A DNA stretch of 63,869 nt, filler included, from Folioceros fuciformis (GCA_049999805.1; 26 parts of 26 records of this genome joined end to end with filler, not necessarily neighbours in it), one strand, 5' to 3'. Shown: positions 36,718 to 50,568, numbered from the whole stretch's first letter. The notes: generated by a model not told the origin, from the sequence alone. A program made the numbers and translations.

Positions 36718-37609
36718 ATGGCAGCAGCAGACGCCGCACTGCCGGATCGCACGCGGGCCAGGAGACCGCCAGACTACACCGGCACACAAGGCTGGGGTCA
36801 GCGCATCGCTTCTCGCACGGTCACGGCAGGTGAATCTCTTTCATGGCTCCGTTCTTTGCTCGCTTTGATGAGGTTTAGGAGCATGCCACCCGCGCATCCA
36901 TCTCACCACGTAGGATTGTTTCCAGCCGCAGTAGGAGCTGGTGTGGGCTTGGTTGTGGGATTGGTGAGGAGGCAGGGTGCGGTGAGATGGGCCGCAGCTG
37001 CTGCTTCCAATGGCGCTCTGGTCACAGGCAGCTTCTGTTGTGAGTTTTCAATTCTGCTCTCCTTCTCAATTTTGAGCTTCCATCGCTTCCTTGTCATGCC
37101 AGAGCGGCCTTGCAGGTGCCCAGGAGCTTGTGCGAGAACTGCGTGCTGCGCACCCTGACGACTTGGTGAATGCTCTGCTTGGAGGCCTCGCCAGTGGAGC
37201 TGTGCTGGGCCGGCTTCAAGGTTGGAGTGGCTTCCAGCTTGTTGTGTCAATTCACTGTTGTGACCCTCTCGAGCTCAGGCGCTGTATGTCCTTCTCAGGT
37301 GGTCCTGCGAGGGCTCTTCCCTGTGCGCTGCTGTTTGCCAGCGTTGGGACTGCCATGCAACTTGCTGCTAATGAGCTGCGGGAGTACAGGCTGAGTAACT
37401 TTGTAGCAACTTTGCCCGACCGAGGCGGGGAGGGACTCATTCAGGATGATATTCAGAAGCCTGTGGCTCAGGAGTGGCCCTTGCCTGATTGGTTTCCCAT
37501 CAGGCGGCTGACTGACGAGGAGGCTGCTAAGCGAGAAGCTCAGAGAGAGGAGAGGATCAGGAAGACGGTGGAGAATCTCCGTGCGGGGCAGAGTGCAGAC
37601 GGCAATTGA
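36718..37609 (+). CDS. Tim17/Tim22/Tim23-family membrane protein, 4 exons
   Basis: Introns 36830-36925, 37040-37115 and 37221-37298. Motifs GAQELVRELR..PDDLVN..LGGLASGAVLGRLQGGP and LPDWFPIRRL.DEEAA. Confidence 0.82.
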
Positions 37610-38619
37610 TGAGACTATGATGCTGCCCATTACAGCAGAGCATTTGAACAATATTGTCTCAAACGTTTGTTACTCCCGACACTCACTGTACTGGAGTTTG
37701 GAAGGAAGTTCTCGCAAAGCAAAACTAGCACAGAACAACTTGTGAAACTAAACAGATTAATGAACCAATCCAGGTTCCAATTGATAGCAGTGACGTGCGT
37801 GAGGTTACATATGATGTTTCCACAAGTTTCCAGATGGACTTCAGGCCTTGACTTACAGCAGCTTTACTTCTGTGGCCAGTTCATTCTTGACTGAACACAC
37901 AAAGGGAGTCTCTGTGCTCCATCGCTTTGGCAACGCACCGCACAGCAAAGAGCTTCCTACCCCCATTGCCTGCAACCCAATATCACAGCCATTGGTTGTT
38001 GAGTTCCCTAAACTCGTGGACCGTGCCTGATGCTCGCTCTCTGCAGGTCGGCCGTCGTCAACATATTCCAAACCCATCTAATGATCTTCCACCAGGGTAG
38101 CTCAGGCGAACATTTCGAGTCCAGCAACTCCAGGGATCTCTCCCTGCCCACCCTGAATACAACACAGATTGTCAACCATGTGCATAATGGCACCACCTAA
38201 GTGAAAGCCTGCAAAACGTTTCATAAAAAGAGCAACCACCATGGATGTGCAGGTCTAAGACATCAAAATCCACACCTTGAACCTCGTGATAATTGGGGAG
38301 GCACTCTGAGAAGCCAACTTCGTCCGCAGCCTCCACGAAAACAAGTTATCTGCAAGGCCACCGCTGGTATGAAAAACACCATTCCCCGCCGGCAGATGGG
38401 AACACAGCACTGCGTCATGCTTACCAGACCTAAAAGTCGAAAGCTCCGGAACAGGAGCAGAGGACGCAGTATGCAAGAGCCTCCCATTCCATGCCAGGCC
38501 TTCTAAACGGCTAGAAGTCTGGAGGGGAACACAAGTTGACATCCCGAAGAGAGAATGGCTCCGGTAGAAAGAACCCGCAGCAGCAAACTCGGAACGTGGG
38601 ACAATGGAATCGACCAGAG

Positions 38620-38896
38620 TGCAGTATCCCTTCTTCCCTTTCTTGGCACCCCCTTTTCCTCCTTTCCCTCCCTTGGTGGGATGAACCGGAACTTTCCTGG
38701 TGGCCGCGAACTCCCCTAATTTGTGTCCAACCATGTCCTCGGTAATCTTCACGCTCACAAAGGTCTTCCCGTTGTACACATGCGCATTCTGACCGACAAA
38801 CTGCGGAAAAATACAGGACCTACGAGACCACAGCAGCCATCTGCTGCCCTTTTTGGGCTTGAACATGCAGGCGTCCGCGAACGGGCCCTTCCACAC
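38620..38896 (-). CDS. rps19: Ribosomal protein S19, mitochondrial type, nuclear copy (5' partial; frame stays open to 38255)
   Basis: [43 protein letters not shown] plus a Lys/Gly tail, on the same contig as spliceosomal-intron genes. Confidence 0.88.
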
Positions 38897-39082
38897 NNNN
38901 NNNNNNNNNNNNNNNNNNNNNNNNNNNNNNNNNNNNNNNNTTAATTAATTAANNNNNNNNNNNNNNNNNNNNNNNNNNNNNNNNNNNNNNNNNNNNCGCC
39001 TCCCGTGATTACCTCACCACACGCCATGCCGGCACCTTCGAATTGAAATTGAAAGCGGGGTAGCTTTCCAACAGGGAGGGTC

Positions 39083-42000
39083 ATGGCCGCCGCGGCCCTG
39101 CGCTCGCTCCTCCCGCCGCTGCCAGTGCTGCTGCTCTGCTTGCTGCACCTGTACGCAGCTGCGGGCCAGTCGTCGCTGGGAGCAGGTAACTCGGATTCCC
39201 GAACCCCCGTGGAATGCGCCTTGTCAGTGCAGGGCCAGTGCTGTGAGAATGATGCAATGTGCTTTGCCTTGTCTTGCATTGCCTTGCCCCTCCCGCAGGA
39301 TACCTCAGCCTCGCCTGCGGCTACGTCAGTGGCTTGCCCTTCACCGGCAGCAATCAGATACAATGGCAGTCCGACGTGGATTACGTGTCCACGGGATCGG
39401 GCTACACCGGAGTGCTGGGAGGCTCCTTCGAGCTGCGGGCGCTGCGATTCTTCACCTCCTTCCAGAAGAATTGCTACACATTGCCCCTCGCCACACTGGG
39501 TGCGACCTACATTGTGCGGGCGGGCTTTCTGTACGGGAACTACGATGGGCAGGGGGTGCCTCCCCAGTTCGGACTCTCGCTCGGGCCTACCATGTGGGTG
39601 GATTCCGTCAAATTGGATATTTCTTCCACACCCGTCTACCACGAGGCGGTCTTGAAGGCGACTTCGTCGTCCATTGCGGTTTGCCTCCTCCGAGGCGGCT
39701 ATGGGAACCCCTTCATCAACTCGCTTGAGCTCAGACCGCTGCCAACCAACTCCTACAGCATCACGGCCTCGTCGCTGAATCTGTACACTGTGAAGCGTGT
39801 CAACTTCGGGGGCCCGGCTCTCAGGTACGGCTAACGCTTCGTTTTCTCTTGTGCGTGTGGCCGGCACTCGGGCACAGGTGGTTGCAGGCGCAGGTGTTTG
39901 TGCTAGGGTTTTTTTTGCTGCCTCACACCAGTGCTCTCGGCGGTGGTGCAGGTTCCCCAACGATGCCTATGACCGCTTGTGGTCGAATTGGACTCTGGAT
40001 TTTCCTGATTTAGTGAGGCAATTCTCAATACTGACCTCAAATATGTCCATAGTTATCACGGGATCTGCGGTTGACCAACCTCCTCCGGCCGTTTTGCAGA
40101 CGGCCATCAGACCATCCGTGCCTCAGCTCCCCATTTCCTTCACCCTCCCCAATCCCGTCTTATCAGGATCCTCACTGTCCTATGCTCCTCTCTACATCTC
40201 TGTCTTCTCCGCAGAGCTGAATGCCTCGGCTGTGGAGCTCCCATTTTTGAGTTTCCAGTGCGACAACTTCTCGGTGATTGCCACGCGCTTTGAAAGTAGA
40301 CTAGCTGTCTACCGAATTGGATTCGACAGTCAGGTTTTTGCAAATGCGACCATCTCCTGCAGTCTCACTAGGCACAAGAACTCGGGAGTTGACCCTATAA
40401 TTAACGGCCTAGAAGTCTATGCCACTCAGCCCATCTCCGCTGGCACGTATACTTCAGACGGTAAGCTTTTTGCCTCACTTGCTGCTATGCGCCTTAGCCT
40501 TTCTGTTGGTGCAAGGGACCAGAGGCTCGGGCATGGCGTAGCGTACACTCCAAGCTGCACGTAGGAGTGTTGCTCTCCTTGGACCTAACTCTGCTGTGTA
40601 TGCATTCCAGCAACGGCCATGAACGCCATCAAGAACACTTTTCGCCTAAGCCGTTGGGTGGGGGATCCGTGTTCGCCTGTCCCATGGGATGGAGTCACCT
40701 GCTCATTTGACTCTTCGCCTCGAGTTGTGGGCATGTAAGTAAATGTTTCGCATGTTCGTTGCCAGATCGTCTCTTCTTGTCGAAGAGACGATTTTGGGAC
40801 TGGATCTCCTTGGCCAGGTCCGAACTACGGGTGTGGTAGTGACTCATATGGACTTTGTGGCCCGTTCTCATCGTCCCACCGTCGTGCTGCAGCGTCCTTG
40901 CCGGAGTACGACCCCTGCTGAATGCTCGCTTGCCCAAGGAACTTGGGTCTCTCACCGCTTTGACTCAATTGTGAGTTCTCCTATTAACATCCTTTGCCAT
41001 CCATGCAAGCGACGAAAAGCTGGTGAGGCGATTCTTCTCCTCAGCTCACTGTACCCACAAGTCTTTTCCCGTTGTGAGTGAATTGCAGGGATCTCAGTGA
41101 TGTGGGCCTCTTCGGACCGATTCCAGATTCGCTTAACGATCTAAGGAGCCTCTCGATTCTGTAAGCTTTCGCTCTCTGTCAAGCCCTTACGGTTTGCTGG
41201 TTTGTGTCAGGTATTCTGACAAAGATCCTGGCCATATTATTGCCCTTATCTTCTCATTACGCATCGATGGTTCTGCTGTTGGTCACAGTGGTGTCTTTTT
41301 GCCGTTGTACGCACAGAAATCTTGCAGATAATAACTTGAATGGGACCTTTCCTTTGTGGCTGAACGCGACCAACATGCCTAATTTAACACAACTGTAAGT
41401 GGCTCTCGCTTCTGGCTGCTGCATTGAGTCTGCGAAACCTCGTTTGAGGTAAGAGTGCTTACATATGCTAATGCCGTTCTGTCTGCAGCTATGTCCAAGA
41501 CAACTATTTCACCGGATCTTTTTCAGATGATTTGAATAACCTTGGATCCAACTTCATGTAAATTATGATCCCAGGCCTCTTTCATCCCCTGAGAAATGTA
41601 ATGGAGGCTGCTGGCTTCTAGCCACCTTGAGCATGTCATCACTGTGTGCACTGATCCCTCTGGCTCTATCACAGGTACCAAGGCGGAAATCAGCTCTGTA
41701 GTACCGTGGACACTGTGTGTTCAGGTCAATCGCCCAGTAATCCAACCCCTTCCTTTCCACGTCCGCCAAGACGTCAAAGTTCCTCGAACAAGAACAGGCT
41801 CGCCAAAATTATTGGCGGCGTGGGGGGTGGGCTGATTGTGCTGCTACTCCTTATGGCTGTTCTTGTGTGGTATTTATCCGAAAGAAAGTCTGACAAACCA
41901 AGAACCGACAGTGTCAAACCTGTGAGCTACCGTGAAAGATTGAACCTTCCAAGTATTGGAAAGTATACTGGAAATCTGCGCAAGAAGGACTGGAAGAGAG

Positions 42001-42242
42001 GTCAGAAGGCCACCTACCTTGTTTCTGATGTGAAACTTTGGAACAGCTATGTTTTGAATTTGTTTTATCTCACGGTTCAGCTGACTCACAATGTATTCGT
42101 GGTTGTCGTGACAGCACCCCTGTTAAGACTGAGCAGCAACTCTGGCTTGCTGAAAGCAGGTGAGACTTTGTGGTTTTCCTCCACGGCACTCTCCGTACGC
42201 GGCGTGCTATCGTTTATGGAGTTGACATCTTTGTGGTGGTCT
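39083..42242 (+). CDS. Malectin-like/LRR receptor-like kinase (LRR-I type), kinase domain beyond contig end
   Basis: Signal peptide, GYLSLACG, LRFF..KNCYTL..YIVRAGFLYGNYDG, PFINSLELRPL, RFPNDAYDRLW, PIINGLEVY, WVGDPC..WDGVTC, short LRR exons, and TM IIGGVGGGLIVLLLLMAVLVWYL. Confidence 0.9.
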
Positions 42243-42443
42243 NNNNNNNNNNNNNNNNNNNNNNNNNNNNNNNNNNNNNNNNNNNNTTAATTAATTAANN
42301 NNNNNNNNNNNNNNNNNNNNNNNNNNNNNNNNNNNNNNNNNNCCAGCTCCGGCTCCGGTCCTGGAGGGCATTCGGACTGCGCAGCTGCACCGAATGTAGG
42401 GCCCGATCCTCAGCATGGTCTCGGCGGGGCTGCTGGCCAAGCC

Positions 42444-43489
42444 ATGAGCGACAGCCCTGCCGATGCAGAATTGGACTACATTTGGCGCTATCATACTCAT
42501 GAGATGAAGGACGGTCAGTGCGGCTCCATTCTCGTCAAGCATATCAATGCACCTGTCAGTGTGGTAAGCGCCTCGCCTTGCTTCCTTCTTTTTGCGGTAT
42601 GTGTCAGAACGCGCGCCTGCGGATTGCATAACTTTCTTGTCTCGCCTTCTTCGAGGTGGCGCATTATGTGCAGCATGTAGTTGTCAGTTCGCGAACGCTG
42701 CAAACGAAGATGGATGTTACATCCATTTCCCAGCCGGCATGCCTGCCTGACCCTATGTCCTGCCTGGTATGTGTCTGCAGGTGTGGTCTTTGGTGCGGAG
42801 GTTTGATCAACCAGAGAGATACAAACGCTTTATTCAAAGCTGTACAGTCAAGGGAGATGGTAATGTTGGCAGCATCAGGGATCTTCACGTAGTTTCCGGT
42901 CTTCCTGCGACCAGAAGCACGGAACGGCTGGAGATACTGGACGATAAGGAGCATGTTTTCAGCTACAGGATTCTGGATGGTGATCACCGGTTGCAGGTAA
43001 CGATCCTGTCATGTATCTCCTTGCCTGTAGGAGGAAACCTGAATAGGAGGTTCCAAGCAGTCTGCTTCTGACAGAGGTACTGTGTGGCTGGATGTGGTTG
43101 GCGAAGCATGGTGGCAGTTGTTGTTTCAATACGCTTCTTCCATCGCTCTCTGTGTTTTGAAGAATTTGACGCTGAGCTGAGCTGAGCTAAGCATGTTTCT
43201 TTCACCTGTCAGGTTGCTTGCGTACGTTTTCCTCCTCATAACGTTGGCTGTTTCCCTGCAGAACTATTGGTCCATCATTACCCTACATGCAGAGACTGTG
43301 GAAGGTAGACAGGGTACAGTGGCCATTGAGTCGTACGTTGTGGATACTCCTGAAGGGAATACCAAGGAAGATACGTGCTTCTTTGTTGAAACTGTTATTA
43401 AGTGCAATCTTAAGTCCCTTGCGGACGTATCGGAGCGAATTGCTTTGCAACAGGATACAGAGCGGCTGATGAGAATATCTGATGCGTAG
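42444..43489 (+). CDS. PYL: PYR/PYL/RCAR abscisic-acid receptor (PYL8/9-like, 3 exons)
   Basis: Exons 42444-42563, 42781-42996 and 43262-43489. [18 protein letters not shown], gate SGLPA, STERLE, latch [28 protein letters not shown]. Confidence 0.95.
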
Positions 43490-43911
43490 CTTCAAGGCCC
43501 CCTTTAAACTCTGAAGATCTCATTGTTTTGGTAATGATTCTATAACTTTCATTGAGTACACCTTGTAATTTTAGTCATAGTTAGGTTGTGTGAAATTTCG
43601 CTAGGGGAAATTCAATTCATTGGCTGTAATTTCGTAGTCTGGTCGACCAGAATCCTAGCTATGGACCTTGGGGGGAAGGTAGGGAGGCTCACCGTCAACA
43701 TTGTTTTTGCAACGACTTTTCATGTCAGTGCAATGTCTAGTTGCCCTTTAACTGGCATGTACGCCCCTCAGCAACTCCCATCTGCTCCGTGGTCATTTTG
43801 TACTTCTCTTGNNNNNNNNNNNNNNNNNNNNNNNNNNNNNNNNNNNNNNNNNNNNTTAATTAATTAANNNNNNNNNNNNNNNNNNNNNNNNNNNNNNNNN
43901 NNNNNNNNNNN

Positions 43912-45744
43912 CCGTGCCCCCTCCCACTTCATCCAAAAGAACCAATGCCTCTGCACTACCAGCTTCCAGAATCTTGCAAACTCGCTGTATGTGCCCACTG
44001 AATGTTGACAAACTCCGCTGCAACGACTGACCATGCATGGCAAGGAAGCACTCGTGTTGATCAAAAACTGCATGTAAAGTATGTGACCTACATCACTTCA
44101 AGCAAGAGGAGTTAAGTGTCAGTCAGTAAGCTGTACCTGATCATCCCCAATGTCTGCGAGAACATCCTTGAACCAAGGGAGCCTAGGTTCTCCTACAGCA
44201 GGCAAAAAGAGACCTGCTTTCGCCATGAGAGCCACCACACCCAAAGTTTTCAAAGCAGCGGTCTTTCCACCCGTGTTGGGTCCTGTTATGGTAACCACTT
44301 TCACTTGAGACTTGACGAGAATGTCGATTGGCACAGGCAGATTAGCCTCCATGTTGTCTTTCAGTGTGCCAGATGCTGCAGAAGCCTCGCTTGTCCTTCT
44401 GAATCTCACATTGCGAGTCGAAACAGGTTTAGGAAGAGCTGCGGCCAAGAGCAAGGGATGGCGAACACCTAATATCTGTACCATGAAACCTTCAGTTTCC
44501 CTTCTAGATTGACCCCTTTTCATCTGACCTTCCGTTCTGCAAGGATTAGAGAACACAGGCTCAACAGCTTGTAACCACCTGGCATGTGCAGCCCGTGCAC
44601 AAGCCAGGTCCAGAACTACGATCCGCTCCAACAAATAGGAAACGTCTTCTGCGTTATCAATCAGCTTAATGGAAAGCCTTCGTCGCACAGCAGTTACCTC
44701 AGCTTCTTCAGCTGCCGCGAGCTGCATTTCAGCATTGTTGAGATGAACAGCGAAGTCCGGTTCGACAAAAAGGGTGGTCCCAGTGTTACTGACATCAAGG
44801 ACAATCCCACCAGGGAGGAGTGATTTATGTGATGCCCTCACTGCAACACACAATCTTGCCCTTCGCTTGGTAACCAAAGGCGTGTCCATCCCACCAGCAT
44901 CCACTATCTTATTAGCCGTGTCTTTCAGCCTAGACTCAAGCAATTTCATGTTATCCTGACGGCTGCGCCGTGCCGATGCTAGAGAAGGACTTGCCTGGTC
45001 TAGCACAGTGGCGAAGCTGCAGTCAATGCAGAACTCAATGTCCTGCTCTAACTCTGTACAAGGATTACAGCCTGCCAGGATGGCTTGCAATGGAGCCACA
45101 GATAGCCCAGTCTGCTCCTGCAACGTGTTGTACAGTCGATGTGCCGCAGAAAGTGATCGTCTGACACGACAAAGGTCTTGTGCCCTGCACACATTCCCAT
45201 CCAGCACATCTGCCAACACATCCTGCAAATCCTCTACCCCCGAAAAGTCCAGCTGGTTAGTAAGTGATGCTGCAGCTGCTGTTTGGTGCAACAGCTCCTC
45301 ACTCTCTTTCTGAGTCTCGCCAATGGTGAGCCTGCCACTGCTCGCAACAGCCACTCCCACAGATGTGGCTGCAAATTGTGCAACCTGAGCGCAAACAACA
45401 GGCCATTCCAGCATGCGTCGTGCATCTTCTTCTATACTGTAACTGGGTCCGCCACTCCTGATTTCTTGCAGCTCACTCTCATCATCACTGCCACTCCCTG
45501 AGTTGAAATAGTCCAACTGATCCCTCCTTGCACCACCCCCAGCCACCGCTGACAGCGTGGCAGAGATTGATGTTCCAACAGAGAGAGACTCCCTCAGCCC
45601 TGACACGGCCCCAGTCACTGTGAGCGCACACGGGCAAATGTTGTGCGCAATGGACACCTCCCTTCCCTTTCTGTGACCCCACCGAGATTCACAAACCCGT
45701 GCTACCGTGCAAGTAGGGGAAACGAGCAATCCAAGTGACTCCAT
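43912..45744 (-). CDS. MUTS2: MutS2-family protein (plastid type), 3' partial
   Basis: Transit-like leader, LEW..VC, ASPSL..AR, S.TG.TLFVEP, RHPLL, VPIDI, Walker A GPNTGGKT, ADIGDDQ|SLQRSLSTFSGHI (intron 44136-44027), Walker B LVLLDE. Confidence 0.93.
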
Positions 45745-46536
45745 CACTCAAATCTCGGTGACTTGCCCGGCCACCATACAGACATCTTCCTCAGGCACTA
45801 CCCTGCCATACTCAGTCCTGCAACACGCCCCATACTGTTGTTACAACAGACACAACTGGGCTCGTCAGCAGATTCTCCGCCTCGAGCGACAGGCTTGCTT
45901 GAATGGCAACCCCTTCGACCAGAGTGGATCATTGTCAGCTAGCTCAGCCCAATTGGGAGGATTCGACTATCCGTTCTTGTGGGCAAGGCCGAACACTTCA
46001 CCATTGCAACCAACTGAGATTTCAGACAGTTTGGTGAACATAATCGTTATGGACATACCGAAGTGTCTTGGGTAGTCTTTCCCCCGTCGCTTGCGTTTAT
46101 TTCTGTAAGATATCACGACTCAGCATCACCGAGAGCACTGCGGCCGGTGCTACAAGAAACGGGAAAGATCAAAAATTGTAGATATATGCAAAAGGTTTCT
46201 TTATGAATAGTCTAGTGAGTACCCAGATGTACTCAATATTGCAATGACTACAATGCACGCTTTTAACGCGCAAGCATATATGGCTTATCGTCGCGATTCA
46301 ATGTGGTTCATGACCAAAATGATATGGACCTCACATCAATGGTTGGGTATAATTGAGCTAATAATCTCTAGTGCCACGTAAGAGAAAGTACTATGGGGTC
46401 GGGGATCAATTCAGATATTTTAGGTTTGGGGGCACAAGAAACGTATTAGTATGGTACTAGAGCCTTAGGCCATTATTCTGGAGAATTGAATCCTCTTTGC
46501 CCACCCAAATAGGCTTAGTAACTACATCGGGACTAG

Positions 46537-47075
46537 TTTGGAGAGCCCAGCTTGCTACAAACCAAGAAATGGAAAGGACCCATTTTCTTGGAGCTCGTTT
46601 GGGGAGCCCAGCTTGCTACAAACCAAGAAATGGAAAGGAGCCATATACTGAATAGGTGAGTGCCTTCTATCAAGTTTGAGAGCCTTCTTTCAAAATCATA
46701 TCATTGTGAGTTAAAGATACCCTCACACAGTCTTCATGGAATAATCACACAGCCTAAGTGATAGAATAATCACAAATAAAATGAACCTGACCTTTGCTTT
46801 GCATAAGTTCCATTGCCTAATACATAGTATATGTTAAATAATACTAATCAAGTTTAGAGTATTTTAACATCTATTAAGCACTTTGCATCAGCCAATGGAA
46901 TTGTATGTAATTATCGTTTTAGCTCCATGCAAGAGCATGTTTTTCCTATGTTAAACTTGAGAGGCTATTTCGATGATGAGCACGAGTTATTAAACTTGAG
47001 AGGTTATTTAGATGATAAGCACAAGTTATTAAACTTAAGAGGTTATTTAGATAACAAACACGAGTTATAAAACTT
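46537..47075. repeat. Short duplications in AT-rich, TE-like DNA
   Basis: An about 45-bp duplicate (GAGCCCAGCTTGCTACAAACCAAGAAATGGAAAGGA) at about 46543 and 46604, and about 3 copies of TTAAACTTGAGAGGTTATTTAGATGATAAGCAC at 46950-47075. Confidence 0.7.
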
Positions 47076-49589
47076 ACGTTTGGGTCTTTGCTAAAACATA
47101 AGTTTTCTCTTTACTCAAAAAGAAAGTCATTTGCTTTATGCTCAGTTTATTTTTCTGTTTACTTGCAAGATGTCAATTTCATTACACAATAATAAGGGTT
47201 GATGAAACTTCTTCTAATGAAACCCATGATAATCTCTTAGTAAAAAAGCTCAAAACTTTCTTAAATTTCTAAGATTATGCTTTCTATAAATGTAAGCCCA
47301 ACTCTACTATATCAAGGCTAAGATTACCCTTTAAGAAGCCAGCTGTAAATGAACTCCTCACTACCACTCATGTATTCGCTACATATTCTCTTCTCGTTGA
47401 AAATATGATTAATATCAACATAATGATAAATAGTTTTACTACCATTGTATCCGATTAGAATATCCATTCCAAAGTTAAAAAATTCATCAATTCTATCATA
47501 TCTTCATGGCTTATATCTTTTGCCTTCTAACCTTATTTTCAAAGGACCTATCAACTCTATACAAAGTCATAAGCTAGTTTTATTATACTAAAACAAATAT
47601 AAACAGTTATAAATACGAAACACCAAGCTTTTGTGAAAGTGTTTATAACAAATAGTTTTCTTAAAGTATTTTTAGTTGATGGTTCAAGCACTTAGATAAA
47701 AAAGATTCCAACCGCTTGACATAAGAAAAATATGAACTAATAGATATAAAACCTAGCTCAATATAGATTACTATAATTATAAGCTTGTATCCCTTTTTCA
47801 AATTAGATTGTAATGAAGATTTGTAAGATTGTGTGACTCAATTATAGATTTGAGAATCCTAGCCATAGCATTTAAAAATATGAATGTGCTTACATTGAGA
47901 TGACAAAAAGAAGAGAATGCTTCAACTTTTAAAAGCTTAATTAAAGGCTCACTCATACTAGCAAATTTCTTGAACTTCAAAGTTTTAAAATCTTTTCATC
48001 AACACCTTATACTTGTCTTCGTACTCTTAACTTTTTAAAAGAGACCACATGACTACTTATTCGACCATCTTTTTTGTTTTGTCATCATCATCTGCCATTT
48101 AAATATTTAAAATATCATCCACTCATGAGAAATTTTTTATTATAACTCAAAGTTTTATAATATCTATGGACTCCACATGCTGAACAGACTCTTAGGAAAT
48201 GATGGGTTCTCTTTTTTTTGGATCTGTGAGTGAGTGTTGTAGAAGAAAGGTTAGAAGATTCGGTTAGATTAGAGTTAGATCAAAGTTAGGGTTAGGATTA
48301 GGTCGGACTTAGGTTTAGGGTTTTGTTGAGTTGAGGGTTCTGTTTAAGGTGTGCTGACCTGGTTAGGCAGTGACAAGGGTTCCGGGCCAAGGGAGTATAA
48401 GAGGTCAGGCCTATTATTGAGGGGGGAGGTTTTTTTGGTGAGAGCTCCCTTAACCTTGTGTGCAGGCTGCTGNNNNNNNNNNNNNNNNNNNNNNNNNNNN
48501 NNNNNNNNNNNNNNNNTTAATTAATTAANNNNNNNNNNNNNNNNNNNNNNNNNNNNNNNNNNNNNNNNNNNNCCTGTAGCCGCGTGAGAGGCCCTCCCGA
48601 CTCAAGCTGCGCAATTGTCGCAAGCTCATCAGCCGATGCCTACAGCAATTGCCGCCACTTCGCAAAAAGGAAAAGCACCTGCGAGAGCTCTCCATCGACC
48701 GCTCGAGCGCGGAGCTCCCGGGTCAGGCCATCTCCAGTCCACGAGCACACAGACAGAGCCGTTGCGACAGGGACCGCAATTCGACAATTTAACCACGCGC
48801 ATTGTGGAATCCTGACATCCACAGCGCTGGGCTCAATTTATGTCCCGGAACTGGCTCCTTTGTGGGGACTGTAAATGGCCCCGATCATCCCCACTCTCGT
48901 CACTGCGATAGGCCGGTGTCCACGTATCTGCAAGAACGAGCGAATCGTTCACTTTTGTAAGTATGTAAAATCTGCTGTATTTGCTCTGTTCATTTTCATA
49001 AGTATATTGAATATGCTGTGTCTGTCCTGTTTAAATTGCAATTTTCGGTTAGGATAATTTTCTTCGGAAACGCACGTTCCAACTCCTACGTTACTCTTTG
49101 TGTCACACTGGCCACCTCGTCTTTTCCTTTTTCTTTCTAAGAGTTTCCTACATAGTGAAGTAAACTTGTTGTGCTCCGCTTGTCTATGGTAGCATGCTGG
49201 TCCGCTTGTCTATGGTCGCATGCTGGGCTACGTCACTATGTGTCTTCTTGACTCTTTAGCCTATCCTTGCTAGGAACTCTCCTTAACCACCACCGCAAGC
49301 CATCTACAACCTCTTCCACTCCCAACGGGGGAATAAGGGTTTTCACATTCATAGGGTTCGTGTTGGTAGCCTTTGCTCCTCTCCTTATTGCAAATCTAGT
49401 AGCATCCTTCCTTGCATCGTGAGAATTATAAAGTAAGAAAATGCTTTTAGGTAGAGGTTTGGTGTAAAATTCGTCATGTTGGATATGGTCAGCAATCAGG
49501 ACATAAATCTAGCCAAATCGAGAAGAAGGGCTTGTAATGCCTGAGATATCCAACACCACAAAATGCCTGAGATATCCAACACCACAAAT

Positions 49590-50468
49590 TGTACAAGCGA
49601 TGTCCAATTTGTCTTAAGAGTGTTCAAGCACTTTCAGATAGTATGCATTAAAATGACCTACATAGTCAATTGACACTAGATTACGCTCGATCAATGTTTG
49701 CAATGAGAGCTACGAGGGCATCAAGCACTGGCACCAATCATTCCATCGCGAAGTCTACAGTAGGAAGAGCTGAGGAGGCTGTGTGCGAGGTTTACATTTT
49801 TCGATTCAACCCAAGTTCCTTTGAATATGTGTGCTAGGCAAACCCTTCTTGTTGCAAACCTCCAACCTACGGAAGTACAAAGATTCAACCAAATTCTAAA
49901 CCATGTACTACTTTGTCGAGAAGCAAGTTCATGATTGCTCTAAGGCGATTAGCAATACGGGATTCCTACTTGAGCCTTGGAAAATTGTTCAATGTAGACA
50001 CCACCATGGTATTCGATGTATGCCATCATATAATAGCCTTGATTTTACAACAAGGAAAACACCACCTACCATGGCTCAACTCCCAAGTTCAAGGAAATTA
50101 AAGCTTGCTTTCAAATTGCAATATGTAGGGCTTGAACGAGATACATTTCACAATTGAACTATTTGGATGTGGGCTCAACCCAGACTCCTACAGTACATAT
50201 GGCACCTACACTATGGCTATACAGGCTGTAGTAGAACCAAATATAACATTTTTGGACAAAGTACCATAATGGCTTGGTTATACAATAGCACTGAGAATCC
50301 TACATAATATTAGTTCATTGTATGTTAATGCAAGTGTTAGAATACACTTAAATGATCATGTCCTACACCTCTCCACAAGTGTTGTGCATGAGTATCTTCT
50401 TGCAGATGCCTTTTTTTTCGTGAAGAAAATAATTCTGATTATGAGTGGAAAGGCTCCTCCCACTTACG
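49590..50468 (+). mobile_element. Decayed PIF/Harbinger transposase (HARBI1-like)
   Basis: VEKQV / IALRRLAIRDSYLSLGKLFNV matches the Harbinger helix-turn-helix region; many frameshifts and stops. Confidence 0.6.
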
Positions 50469-50568
50469 NNNNNNNNNNNNNNNNNNNNNNNNNNNNNNNN
50501 NNNNNNNNNNNNTTAATTAATTAANNNNNNNNNNNNNNNNNNNNNNNNNNNNNNNNNNNNNNNNNNNN

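Noticed and set aside
39083-42242. Calling the malectin-LRR kinase SYMRK/DMI2
   Set aside because: Malectin-GDPC-LRR architecture is shared by the large LRR-I family and the kinase domain is missing; it needs a phylogeny.
36298-45744. Bacterial or cyanobiont origin of PII, rps19 and MutS2
   Set aside because: PII and MutS2 have spliceosomal introns and transit-like leaders. rps19 shares a contig with intron-containing genes.
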